Shown here one piece after another: positions 26,599 to 38,659 of a stretch of 64,000 bases of DNA (position 1 is its first letter; every line of letters begins with the position of its first letter). The notes under the pieces were generated by a model that did not search any database, was not told the origin of the DNA, and saw only the letters and a list, made by a program, of their open reading frames with translations. The translations under genes and the position numbers were made by a program. The DNA is from Malacoraja senta (Eukaryota), in the NCBI GenBank assembly GCA_038087875.1, contig CM075993.1, positions 8,992,001 to 9,056,000 on the forward strand, written 5' to 3'.

Positions 26599-27184
26599 GT
26601 AAATTCAAATTTCCATTTTAATGCTTGTTATCTTTGCCTTTTAGGCAGTATATTACATTTTAAGCATTATTTTAATCTTAGCAATGTAATTATTAATAGT
26701 AAGTTCAAAACTGAACAGACTGTCCATTTTCTACTATCAAACATGGGATAACAATTTTGGAAGAACTATTCATTCATTTTGCTGGAAGTTATTCCCTTTA
26801 TATTTAAGTCAACTTTAAAAGTTTGTTATGTAATATGCCCATTTTATATTCAGCATGAAAGGACAAACTGCATTCCTTATTTTGGATACTGATTATGAAC
26901 ATGGCGTTCAAAAGTTGGCAATGAATCAGCAATCAGATTTACTGATTTCTCTTTCTGATTTAATTTCATATGTTTGATTTAAACCAATGGAAATTATAAC
27001 TTAGAACTAAAATATTATTACAATTTCACTTTTTTTATAGATAATGTGATAATGTTATACAAAATCTGTATTTTTGTTCATAGCTCTCTTTGGTGAAGAC
27101 CACCAAAATCTTACCTTTGTTTTAAGGAATACAATTATTTGTTGCTTAATATTTATTAAGGCCAAAGAAATATGCGCCATCATG

Positions 27185-28226
27185 TAGCAATGTTACAAAA
27201 TTTTGAGATTTAAAAAATAAAGTCTGCAATTTATCCCATCAGATAAAGCATAAAAAGAAGTTTAATTTGACACCTAATTCACTTTCATATCTCAGTATTA
27301 AAAATGTTATCGCCATTTTCATACTCGGAAATTAGCATCTTGTTCCCTATTGCTTTTCCATTGACTTAACACAAAAGCTGTGATCGAGGACAGGCAAAAG
27401 CCCATAACTTTCTTAAAAATTAAGAGAACTGAAAGAAATTTTCAGTTATTATAGATTGAAGCATTCTGAAACAAATATGAACAATCTTACTTAGATGACA
27501 TGAAATTAAAGTATATAATTAGTTAGTTACCTAATTGTAGCTAATTACAAAATTCAATTACTAGATCTAAACATCTATCAATTTCTTAAGAATAGATTAA
27601 CATTTTTAAATAGCCTAAGTGTCCAAATAACATTCACACAAGAATTCACAATATAACATAATTTTTAAATCTCATTGTCATGGATTTACAGGCCAAATGG
27701 AAGGAATTGAATGTTTAATACCTGTAAATTAATGGCCATTTAAATTAATGGCCATTGCGAGTGAGGTTTTCTGGAACGCGATCTTTTGGAACGTTGATTT
27801 GCGGTGAATTTAACCCTGTATCGGCATGAAAAATTCTGCCGTTAGTTCGGGGAATAAAATCACCGTTTCGCATTAAAAAATATGAATTAAAGGCCTCTTA
27901 AGAAGCACTTTTATACAAAAAAATAAACTGCTTTCGTTTACCTGTCCCGTGTGTGAAATCCGTCCCCGTTGTCGGCGTTGACGGCTTTCGAAGCTGATTT
28001 AAAAATAACTCCAGCGCTGACATTGTCGATTTAATAAAAATAAAAAATACACAAAACGCCCGTAGGAACCATTTTTCAGCAAACGCTTGTACTCCAACGA
28101 AATATAATACAGGACAAGGTAGGAGAAACCCGCGTTTTAACCCCGCCCCCCCCTTAAAGGAGCCAAAATCGCGCACACGGCCAGTGGCAGAATTGCAGCG
28201 CCGCTGAAGGTATTGTAACATACCTA
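27185..28226. mobile_element. Non-autonomous DNA transposon, TAG...CTA termini, CATCATG duplication
   Basis: Imperfect TIR tagcaatgttacaa / ttgtaacataccta; CATCATG at 27178-27184 and 28227-28233. Confidence 0.75.
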
Positions 28227-28711
28227 CATCATGTTGTACCTTCTTAAAGCACGTGATGTGGCAATGTGATTTATTATACCAAAAACAACAACATTTGTAG
28301 AAACAACAATGTGAAGATTCACTTCAAATCTACAGTTTTTAAAGGAAAAATATGGACCAACACAGCCACTTCCGAGAATTATGGACCTTCAATGTGCAGT
28401 TGTACAGGCAGATGAGACAATTAATCCAGCATCTCATTCGAAGAACGACACACCATAATTCCAGTTAGCTCTGTATACATCCTTCATGACATGTACAAGT
28501 TGTGGTTAAGTTAAACTTAACAACTTCCTGACTCAGTCAAAAATCTCTCACAGACCCAAACTGATATATACAAGTCCAAGGCTAATTTAAAGCAAGCACA
28601 GTGCAAGTTAATATTCTGAATAGAGGTTGTTTTAATATCATTGCCATGTAGATTAGAGTTTTCATTATTTTAAATGTTTGTAGTGATAATGATAAACATC
28701 TAATGTTACAG

Positions 28712-28843
28712 ATCAGGATGAATGTGAGGAGCAGCTGGATGATTGTGCATCAAGAGGAATGACTTGCAAGAACTTGATTGGAACATTCATGTGTATCTGC
28801 CCATCTGGATTAGTGCGTCAGTTGGATGGTGAAGGGTGCACTG
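28712..28843 (+). CDS. FBN1: Fibrillin exon, cbEGF35
   Basis: tacag|...|gtaaa, 132 bp; [44 protein letters not shown]. Confidence 0.95.
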
Positions 28844-28936
28844 GTAAAAAAAAATCTTTATAAATACCATGCCATTCAGCTTAGACTACTTGACTTCATA
28901 TTTGCAACATGTCATGTCAAACCTGTTATATTTCAG

Positions 28937-29062
28937 ATGAAAATGAATGTCGCACCAAACCTGGCATTTGTGAGAATGGGCGGTGTATTAATACTCCAGG
29001 TAGTTATAGGTGTGATTGCACTGAAGGATTCTCTGCCAGTGCCACACAGACAGAATGTGTTG
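28937..29062 (+). CDS. FBN1: Fibrillin exon, cbEGF36
   Basis: ttcag|...|gtgag, 126 bp; [42 protein letters not shown]. Confidence 0.95.
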
Positions 29063-30772
29063 GTGAGTTTCAAATCTTTAACGATTGATGATTAATGATT
29101 TTAATTCTAATTCTAATTTTACAAGATATATTATTGTCTAAATTTGTTCAGTATTTTGCTGTTACGCCGTCTTAATCTGCAATACTGCAAAATCACAGTT
29201 TTCACATTTTAGTAGGGGAGGGAGCAGAAGGGAGCTACTTCTCAAAAAGCAAGGTATGCACTACAAGGGAGAATATTAGCAGAAAATTACACAATTTGCC
29301 TCAAATGTCCCATGCACTATTTGTCATTGATACAAGAAACATAGTTATAGCTAAAGTTGGTTTTAATTGAAAGTTTTGAATAAATTAAGTGCCATTGTAT
29401 GTCAGTTTTAAAATAAAATGATGCATTGGTAAAGTTTAGTAAACTGGAGAGAGCCAAAAATGGGCCACAGCTTTTATATGAGATCTGAGACCATGAACAA
29501 AATGGGGAAATGAATGGGGAATGGGATTGCTATGAGAGCCGTCATAGACTCAGTGAACCAAACGTCCATCTATGTCAAATGAAAAAATCAGAAATATTTC
29601 TTACATTTGCTAATCAATCAGATACTGAGTGATGACAAGCTTAAATCATGGTGCAATTTAACAAAGCAATGTCAAAAATCATTTTGCACAGCAAAATAAA
29701 GAGAGGACAACAAACATGGGATTATGAGATCAAGGAATAATACAAATTAAAATGTATAAATGTATAAATGTTCAAACTTTTACTTATTTAAAAATCTGCA
29801 AAAATAAGACTGAAGGAATTAGTCTTTACAGTGGTGGTGTTGCATTTCAGTGCCACCATGATGGTTTGGCAATAATCAAGACTTTTCCAATTTCCATATT
29901 TAACTGCACCCAGGCTGCTGCCTGAAGTTGCTTGCTCATTCACTCTTCAATAACAGTTAAAGAGATGGACTCACTTGGATTTCAGTTGGAACATGCACAC
30001 TTGTGGAGATGAGTCTAATTTAGGGGTGTTATAATTGACAAAGAGTAGAGCTTTATTCTTTCATGTTGTTCAGTTGCAAGAACATGGTAGAGAACTACAG
30101 CAATTTTTGCAGCAAGCAGTTACTTATTATAAGTCATTACTTATTAGTTGCAGCTAATGATTATTTTAATTGAACGTTTTACAGTAAATTAAGCACCACT
30201 ACGTCAATTTGATAATGGAATGATGCATTTGTAGATAAACTAGAGTAGGTATGTTTACTGCAACGTATCATAACCTTTTGTTTACACAGCTAGATACTGT
30301 ATTATACTTAGGCTGTTATATCCAGCCATTTTGGAATAGGAATTTACATTCAGTTTCAGCATTAACCTTTGCTATTTTTAAAAAGATTATCATCAAAGGA
30401 ATTAGATTTTTATCATTATAAATATTGGTGTATGTTGATATGCATTAAGTTTAACATTAACGCATTGTAAATGTATTTATTATTTTAGTCTTTATTATTA
30501 GATCTTTCATATACCATATGGCAACAATGTTCAAAAAGAAAATGAAACCTATAAATATATATATTGTCCCTTTCATGCGGAATTTGTTTTTGTTATTTAT
30601 CGATCTGGATCGAGATTGTTGGTAACTAAGGCATACTGTAATTAAGATGTAATTAAGGCATACTGTAATTGAGATGTAATAAGGCATACTGGCTACCAAA
30701 TTATTCAACAGTATTAAAGTAATGCAAGTTTTAATGATTCCATGGCATACTGACACACTTGGATTCTTGCAG

Positions 30773-30980
30773 ATAACCGCAAAGGTTTTTTGTTTTGGGG
30801 AAGTGCTACAGACCATGTGTCAGATGGCCTCCAGCAGCCGAAATCTTGTTACAAAATCAGAGTGCTGCTGTGATGGTGGACGTGGCTGGGGGGCACAGTG
30901 TGAAATCTGTCCGTTTCCAGGAACAGGACCCTTTAAGAAACTCTGTCCACTTGGACCTGGTTACACCACAGATGGAAAAG
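30773..30980 (+). CDS. FBN1: Fibrillin exon, TB7 domain (apparent +1 T frameshift at 30786-30791)
   Basis: tgcag|...|gtaat, 208 bp (207 needed for frame); [69 protein letters not shown]. Confidence 0.93.
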
Positions 30981-31689
30981 GTAATTATGTCAGCTGCTGT
31001 TCAAAGATACTCATTGTTTTTTTTAATCATGTTCTTCATGAATCATTGAATTGGCATTGTTTTGTGATATATTCCGACAATAACAGCTTTATTTTCCGAA
31101 GGATTACATCAATATATGGCACAAAAACTGGCCATTCTGCCCAGTTAATCCATGCCAGCATCTAAATCTATCAGCCAAACCCTCTGTTCCTTTATCCCTT
31201 ATTTGCCTGTCCAGCCTCTCATTTAATGTCTCACTGTTGTTCTATTCAACCACTCCTCATGTCAGCAAGTTCCCCATTCTCACCACTCTTGGACAACTAC
31301 ATTTATTTTGGATTTACAATTGAATATCTTGGTGATGAAGGTATATTGATTATTTCCTACTTGTATGCTTTCCCATAAATGAAAACATTGTCTTTGTACA
31401 TAACCTATCAAAACCTTTCATATAAGGCCACCAGTTAACTTTTTTAAAGGAAAAAAGAGATCTAGTCTGTTCATCATTTCATGATATGTGTGGTCCTGTA
31501 TTTTTGATGTTATTGTTATCAATCTTTTCTATATCGGGACATAGGAACAGGATATATAAGCAATTACATCTATGCTCACATTGAGGGTAAACAGTGCCAA
31601 ACGTTGTTTAAGTAATAGAAAAAAGGTGGTTGCGTTGTTATTATAAATATATATTTCTTTGGATACTGTTTACATAGATAGTTAGATAG

Positions 31690-32650
31690 ATATGCCTTTA
31701 TTGTCATTCAGACCGAAGTCTGGACGAAATTACAGCAGTCATACATATAATACAATAAAAACAACAATAAACACATATTAGACATCCACCACAGTGAGTC
31801 CACCCAGCATCTCCCTCACTGTGATGGAGGCAAAAGTCTTAGGTCTGCAGTCTCTTCCCTCCTCTTCTCCCTCTGCGCTGAGGCGATACCCCCCGAGCGA
31901 TGTTATAAATCAGTCCCCGCGGCTCAAACACCGCGGCCCGGGGTGGTCGAAGCTGCCGCCCACCAGTCCTGCAGACGCAGCCGCTGGCCCGCGGCCGAAC
32001 CCCGGACTCAGGCCACCACCGCCAGAACACCGTCCCAGCCACCCTCACGTGAGTACCGTGCCGTCTTCAGCCTCGGGCTGGGCCGCCCCGACATGGGCGC
32101 CGAACCTCCCCCGAGCCGGGCCGCCCCGACATGGGCGTCGCTTCTCCCTCTGGCCGGGCTGCCCCGACTTGGGTGTCGCTTCTCCCTCCGGCCGGGCCGC
32201 CCCGACATTGGCGCCGAACCTCCCTCGGGCTGCGAGCGCCGCACCTCCCTGAGCTCGGCCGCTCCAACAGGAGCCTCGTTCCACCCTTGGGCTGGCCGCC
32301 CTCACGAGAGCGCCACAACCTCTCACGGGAGCACTGTTCCAGCCCTGAGCCGGACCACCCTCACGGGAGCGAGCTCAGGGCGAGTCCTGATGGGCTCTGC
32401 CTCCGGAGCCTCGAGGGTCATCAGCTCCATTAGGCCTCAGCGCAGACGGAGGCAGAGAAGGGGAATACGACAAAAAAGTTGCATTCCCTCGCAGGGAGAG
32501 ACTGCAAACCCCGTTTCAACCCCCCACCCCCCCAAAACACAAACTAAGAACCAAAAACTAGACTAACCAAAACAAAATAAACAACACAAAAAACACAAAC
32601 AAACGGGACTGCCGATGAGCCGCTGCAGCCAGGGCCACGCCGCCACTCCG
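31690..32650 (-). mobile_element. GC-rich non-autonomous retroelement with internal tandem units
   Basis: Repeated gggccgccccgacatgggcg units at 32080-32215; 3' hairpin ttcagaccgaagtctgga; shared 3' module. Confidence 0.65.
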
Positions 32651-33714
32651 GAAGAACATAGAATATTTTATGGTTAAAGCTACTTCAGTATATTGCTTGA
32701 TAATGTTCTGTCCATTGCTCACAATAATCTTGGAGAAAAAACTGATTACCATTCGGGGAGTAATTATCAGAATTAATAAATAAAACAAATTATACTTAGA
32801 TAACAATACGGGGGATGAAATACCCGTGGGAAATCAATTAATTGGGTTACTGAACTATGAATGGATAATTAAGAAATATTTAGATTGTGAAAAGATAATA
32901 AAAGGATGTGGAAATAACAAAGATGATGTAAAGGCTATATCACAGATTCATACAGGAACAGGCAAGAAAGTGAATGAAAGTGAAACAAAATAAATGTGTG
33001 TTCTCTGCATTTAATAATAAGCTTAATATTGCTTTTGCTTGTCAAATACATATTAAAGTTATCTCTAATTTCCCTGTGATTGGAGCAGAACACAATAACT
33101 TTAAAATATTATGATTGAATTTTAATTCAAGGAACCTTTAGCTGGTTAGATGTATAAGCAAATTATAAATCTAATCCTTTAAATCTGCAAACAACAACAA
33201 AATAATTTGTAAAAATTGCACAGTGCCACTTGTTATCATGTGGCACTCAAAGAACAATAACTTGCTCACTTTTGCTCAATGTTGGTTTCATCTAGACCAC
33301 TTAGGCTCCTGATTCCTGAAAGGGGAGAGTTACAGCCCTCGTATTCAAGCCAGCAGTTGACTGAGGGTAACATCAAGGAGCTTGTAAAAATGGTCAATGG
33401 GAATTAGGTGAACTCTTCTCTGACGGGAATCACAGTCGACACAAAAGATGGATATGGTTGATGGGTGTAATCATCTTAGCACTATGAGTTAACAGCAGTA
33501 CCAAGCCGAACCTCCTTCAGCTTCATCCTGAATTTCAGAGCTTCAAGTGAGAAGCTAGGCATTTGATAGCACATTGTTCAATTCCATTCATAACTCCTCA
33601 GATAGCAATAGAGCCCACCTCCAAATGCAACAAGACGATGACAGCATTCAATCATGGGCTAAGACAAGTGACCTGCAGTACCGAGGTCATGGGGAGTAAT
33701 AATGTGGAGTGCCA

Positions 33715-35045
33715 TCTATCCTTATAATTCTAAAACTAAGATCTTGGATGTGTGTGTGATCACATCTACTCGAAGAAACGACGCGCTAACGGTAACATTT
33801 TTACATATTCCGGGAGAGATTTGTCCGGTGAAATCAAAAATCGCCTTATCTGAAAAATTCATGCATTATTTCTTGAGTTATTCATCAAAATGTTCACAAA
33901 TCTGAAGAAACTTGGAAAAAAAATAACTGCTTATTCCATGATGACATCACAATGGATCTGCCTGCCTGCGTCTGCTCGCGCTGCGAGTGACGTCAGCCCC
34001 CCACCCCTTCCTCCTCCCCCTGTTATTCAACAGTCGGCCCGTCAACTGTAGACCAAAGATCAGAGCTGAAGACTGCTCTGCGAGTGAAGAACGGCAAGTC
34101 GGGCCCTGTGCTAGAGCTCTCGGGTCCGTCTCTGGTCAGGTCCGTATCTGGTGGAGTCCATCTCGGGTCAGGTCCCTCCCCCACTCCCCCTTCCTTCTCC
34201 TCCTCTCCCACCTCCTCCTCCTCTCCCCCCTCCACCTTCTCTCTCCCCCCCCACTACGAGTGACGTCACCCCCCACCTCTCCCTCCTCCACCCCCTTCAA
34301 AAGACCCTCGGGCATCACATTCTCTCGGAGCTTTCTCTCGGGGCTTTAACTTAGCTCCTCGGTCGCATTCTCTCTCTCCCCCCCGGACTCTCTCTTCCCC
34401 CCGGGCTTTGAAGAACAAGCAAGTCGATCCCTGTACTGGAGCTCTCTGGTTGGGTCCGTCTCTGGTCGGATCCGTCTCTGGTCGGGCCGTCTCGGGTCGG
34501 GTCCCTACTCCTCTCCCCCATCCTACTCTCCCCCTCCTCTTCCTCTCCCCCCCTCCTCTTCCTCTCTCCCTCCTTCTCCCCCTTCTCTCTCCCCCTCCCT
34601 TCTTCTCCTCCCCTCTCTCCGCCTCCCTTCTCTCCCCCCCCCTCTCTCTCCCTCCCCTTTCTCTCGCCCCCCTCTCGCCACCACCCTCCCTCCCCCCCTG
34701 TGCCTCTGTGTCTCTCTCTATGCCTCTGTGTCCCTCTCTGTGTCGCACTGTGTGTTGCCCTCCTCTGTGCCTCTGTGTCCTCTCTCTACCCCCCCTCCCT
34801 CTCCCTCTCTAGCCACGCCTGCGAGTTGGGAACTATACGTGAGTGGATAGGGCAGGGGATGGTGTAAAGGTGTGAATGAATAATATTAATATAATATCAA
34901 TGGGGGGTGGTTAGTGTGTGTGTGTTTGGGGAGTGGTTAGTGTGTGTGTGAGGGGTTGGTTAGTGTGTGTGACGCCGCAGGCCGCCCCCTCCCCCCGCAA
35001 CTGCACGTTGAGGGAACGGGACCCAACGGGTCCCTCTTGGTCTAG
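33715..35045 (+). mobile_element. Non-autonomous Helitron-like element
   Basis: Starts A|TCTATCCTTATAATT, ends in perfect hairpin gggaccc-aac-gggtccc, 7 nt, CTAG|T. Confidence 0.8.
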
Positions 35046-36167
35046 TAACAAATAAAAATCCAACTACCACACCTTCAGACCTGATGTTGCTACATTGTCA
35101 AAATATTTGCCATCAATATGAGGGTGTCAAAATTGACCCGCAACTTAACTGAACCAACAGCATATATACTACAAAAGCAGCTTAGAGACTGGGTCACCTA
35201 TGATGAATAACTTCCCTCTTGACTGTCAATGGCCTACCGCCATCTCTAAGTTAGGAGAGTAATGCCATATTCTCACTTGCCTGGATGAGTGTTGCTTCAA
35301 CAACAGTCAGCAACCTCAACATCATCCACAGAAAGACAATCTACTTGGTTGACAATCCATCCGCCGCCCTATTTATTTCCATCCCAGCAGCATACTGTGG
35401 TTGCAGTATTAACCATATAAAATACCTTGCAGCAACTCAACATGGCCAAAACCTTTGTGGCCAAACCCACAAAAATGCATCACAGAGAGGTGTAGGAATG
35501 TCATAACATGCAGAATTCCCCTCCAAGACAAATATCTATGGCTTAGAAATATACTTTCACAGTGTCAGAATCCTGGAACTCTTTACCAGCACCATGAAAG
35601 TACCTTTACTTCTTCTTGCGTATGGCATGCACAGCCTAAAGTTGTAGGTCAACTTGTTCTATTTGATCTTGTTTGTGCACGTCGAGTTGATTGCATTAGT
35701 CAAAACAGATTGGACCACGTGAAGGCTGCAATCTCCCACCCCAGTACCTTTACTATAAAAACTGCAATGGTTCAATAAAGTAGCTTACCATTATCTCCTC
35801 AAGGACAATTAGCCATGACCATGAAATGCTGAACTAGGCAGCACTGCATCCATCCTATGGAGAATAAAGTGGAGAAAAATACTTCCACAAACCAATTAAG
35901 CCAAATAGCTTGCAAACATAGAACATCGAAAGGAAATAGTGGTTCGTATCAATGCCACCTCCGCATATCCTTTCCCCTTACCCCCTCCCAATAATCCTTT
36001 CACGTAAGACAGAAGTTCATGTACACCTCCTCTAACCAGATCTATTGCATTCGGTATTTCTAATGTGACCTCCATTTCTAATGAGACCTTTTCGCTGAAC
36101 ACTTGCTTTCAGACACAAGGATGGATCTCCAAGTTGTTTACTATTATCACTCCCCTACCCATTTACC

Positions 36168-36812
36168 CAGTGAAGAAAGCGAACGGTATGTTAGCATTCG
36201 TAGCAAAGGATTTGAGTATAGGAGCAGGGAGGTTCTACTGCAGTTGTACAGGGCCTTGGTGAGACCACACCTGGAGTATTGCGTACAGTTTTGATCTCCT
36301 AATCTGAGGAAAGACATTCTTGCCATAGAGGGAGCACAGAGAAGGTTCACCAGACTGATTCCTGGGATGGCAGGACTTTCATATGAAGAAAGACTGGATA
36401 GACTCGGCTTGTACTCGCTAGAATTTAGAAGATTGAGGAGGGATCTTATAGAAACTTACAAAATTCTTAAGGGGTTGGACAGGCTAGATGCAGGAAGATT
36501 GTTCCCGATGTTGGGGAAGTCCAGAACAAGGGGTCACAGTTTAAGGATAAGGGGGAAGTCTTTTAGGACCGAGATGAGAAAAACATTTTTCACACAGAGA
36601 GTGGCGAATCTGTGGAATTCTCTGCCACAGAAAGTAGTTGAGGCCAGTTCATTGGCTATATATAAGAGGGAGTTAGATGTGGCCCTTGTGGCTAAAGGAA
36701 TCAGGGAGTCTGGAGAGAAGGCAGATACAGGATACTGAGTTGGATGATCATATTGAATGGCGGTGCAGGCTCGAAGAGCTGAATGGCCTACTCCTGCACC
36801 TATTTTCTATGT
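36168..36812 (+). mobile_element. 5'-truncated CR1 copy, same family as 45586-48075, inserted in a Penelope fragment
   Basis: Near-identical to 47417-48070; flanks join into the Penelope motif ctcccc..cccatt|cccatactgaccttt. Confidence 0.9.
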
Positions 36813-37669
36813 CTATTCCCATACTGACCTTTCCATCCTGGGCATCCTCCGTTGCCAGCATGAAGCCACACAAAAAACTGGAGGAACCACACCTCATATA
36901 CTGCCTGGTAGCTTTCAACCTAACAATATGACAATTGAATTCTCCAATTTTAGGTGACTATCCTGTAAACAGCCCCCTCATTTTTCTCCCGCTCCCACAT
37001 CTCCATGTCCCCCATCTGGAGGCACATCCATTTTTCCCCTTACCGACTCCCATCCATGATTCTTCTCTGGCTTCATTATACATCTCTTAATCCTTACCTC
37101 ACACCTTCTGTCTTTTCATCTCTGGCATTGTCCAACCATCTGCCTGCTTTAAAAAACCCTCACCTATATCCATCTATCACTCGCCGTGCTTTGTACTGCC
37201 TCTCCTCTCTTCTAGCTTTCTCCCCTCCCCAGGCTATTTTCTTTGAATTTAACTTATTGTTAGAAGCAGCAGATCAGATTATATATATTAAATTTCTACA
37301 TCTTTATCTATGTTTCCCATGCACCTGGTAAACTCTTGATGTACTGTGGCTCAGAATTTGCAACCTATAGTGTGTGGTCTATGTGCATCACTGATCTCAA
37401 AAGAAAGATTGTACTTACTTTGTATGGAAACTGCAATAGGAACTTGTTGAGAGAAACTTTTAGCAAGGCCCTTTGAGATAATATGGCTTTGATATCTTTC
37501 TGTGAATTGGGCAGGGGTACAAAAAATGGGTACACACAAATATTCAAACAAGTCTATGTTAGCAGGCTAAGGTGAGCCTCCATTTCCATCACTTCTCTTA
37601 GCTGGGTGTTACGGCCAACAACAGAAAAAACGCATTTTTCTGATATTCAAAAACTCAAAATCTATTAAA

Positions 37670-38190
37670 CAGTTAAACAATTCCGAGAAATAAATATCAC
37701 CAGCAATTTGTCCTGGACTAGCCACATCGATGCAATGGCAAGAAAGCACAACAATGCCTCTACTTCCTTAGAAAGTTTAGGAAGTTCGATATGTCCCCAC
37801 CAGTCCTTAACAACTTCTACAGATGCACCGTAGAAAGCATCTTATTGCGATGCTCACTGCCTGATTCTCCCCTCTTCAATCAGGCAAGAGGTACAGAAGT
37901 TTGAAAATGCATATCTCTGGATTCAGGAACAGTTTCTTACCAGCTGTTATCAGGCAACTGAACTGTTCTCTCGTCAGCTAGAGTGCAGTCCTGATCTCCC
38001 ATCTACCTTATTGGAGACCTTTAAACTATTGTTAACTTTACCAGATTTTATCTTGCACTAAATGTTGCACCCTTTAACCATTCTCTGTGCACTGTGGACG
38101 GCTTGATTGTATTTTCTTCGACTGGATAACACGCAAACAAAAGCTTTTCATTGTACCTTGGCACTTGTGACAATAATAAACTAAACAAAA
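37670..38190 (+). mobile_element. Degraded Rex1/L2-like LINE 3' fragment
   Basis: aagcacaacaatgcctctacttccttagaaag...aacttctacagatgcaccgtagaaagcatc; tail gtgacaataataaactaaac; antisense relative at 9380-10310. Confidence 0.6.
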
Positions 38191-38659
38191 AAGTTAAGAT
38201 ATTACAATTTTACTTTAAATCATAAATCAAAACCATTAAAAATGTTTACATAAACCCCAGCAATTTAAGAAACTATAAACTAAATAACCAACAATCATAG
38301 CCGTTTCCATCCATTGAATAATGGAGAAGCCGTCCTTTTGCCAGGTCCACCTGGCACAGATTGCTTGCGCAGATTCTTCATGGTGGAAAATTGTTGCTAA
38401 TTTGTGATTCCTTGCCAGATTCTGATGTCCACTATTGGAGCTCAGACAGAACACTTTGGTCAATAGCAGGATACAATTTTAGGATCTCTTCATGCACAGT
38501 GCCTACCTGAAGTTTCATACAGACAGGCAGATATTTCATACATGTGAGCAGTGACGCAGGCAACTGAACATCACTCTGTAAAATCTGGGCCTACAATTTA
38601 AGTAATAAACCCCTATGCTTTCTCGCTATAATAGTAATACTTGACCATTGTCCATTGTA

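Noticed and set aside
31794..32566. 207-aa and overlapping ORFs
   Set aside because: GC-rich tandem units open in many frames inside a repeat; no recognisable protein motif
33987..34812. Pro/Leu- and Gly/Glu/Arg-rich ORFs
   Set aside because: Produced by a C/T simple tract in the Helitron-like element
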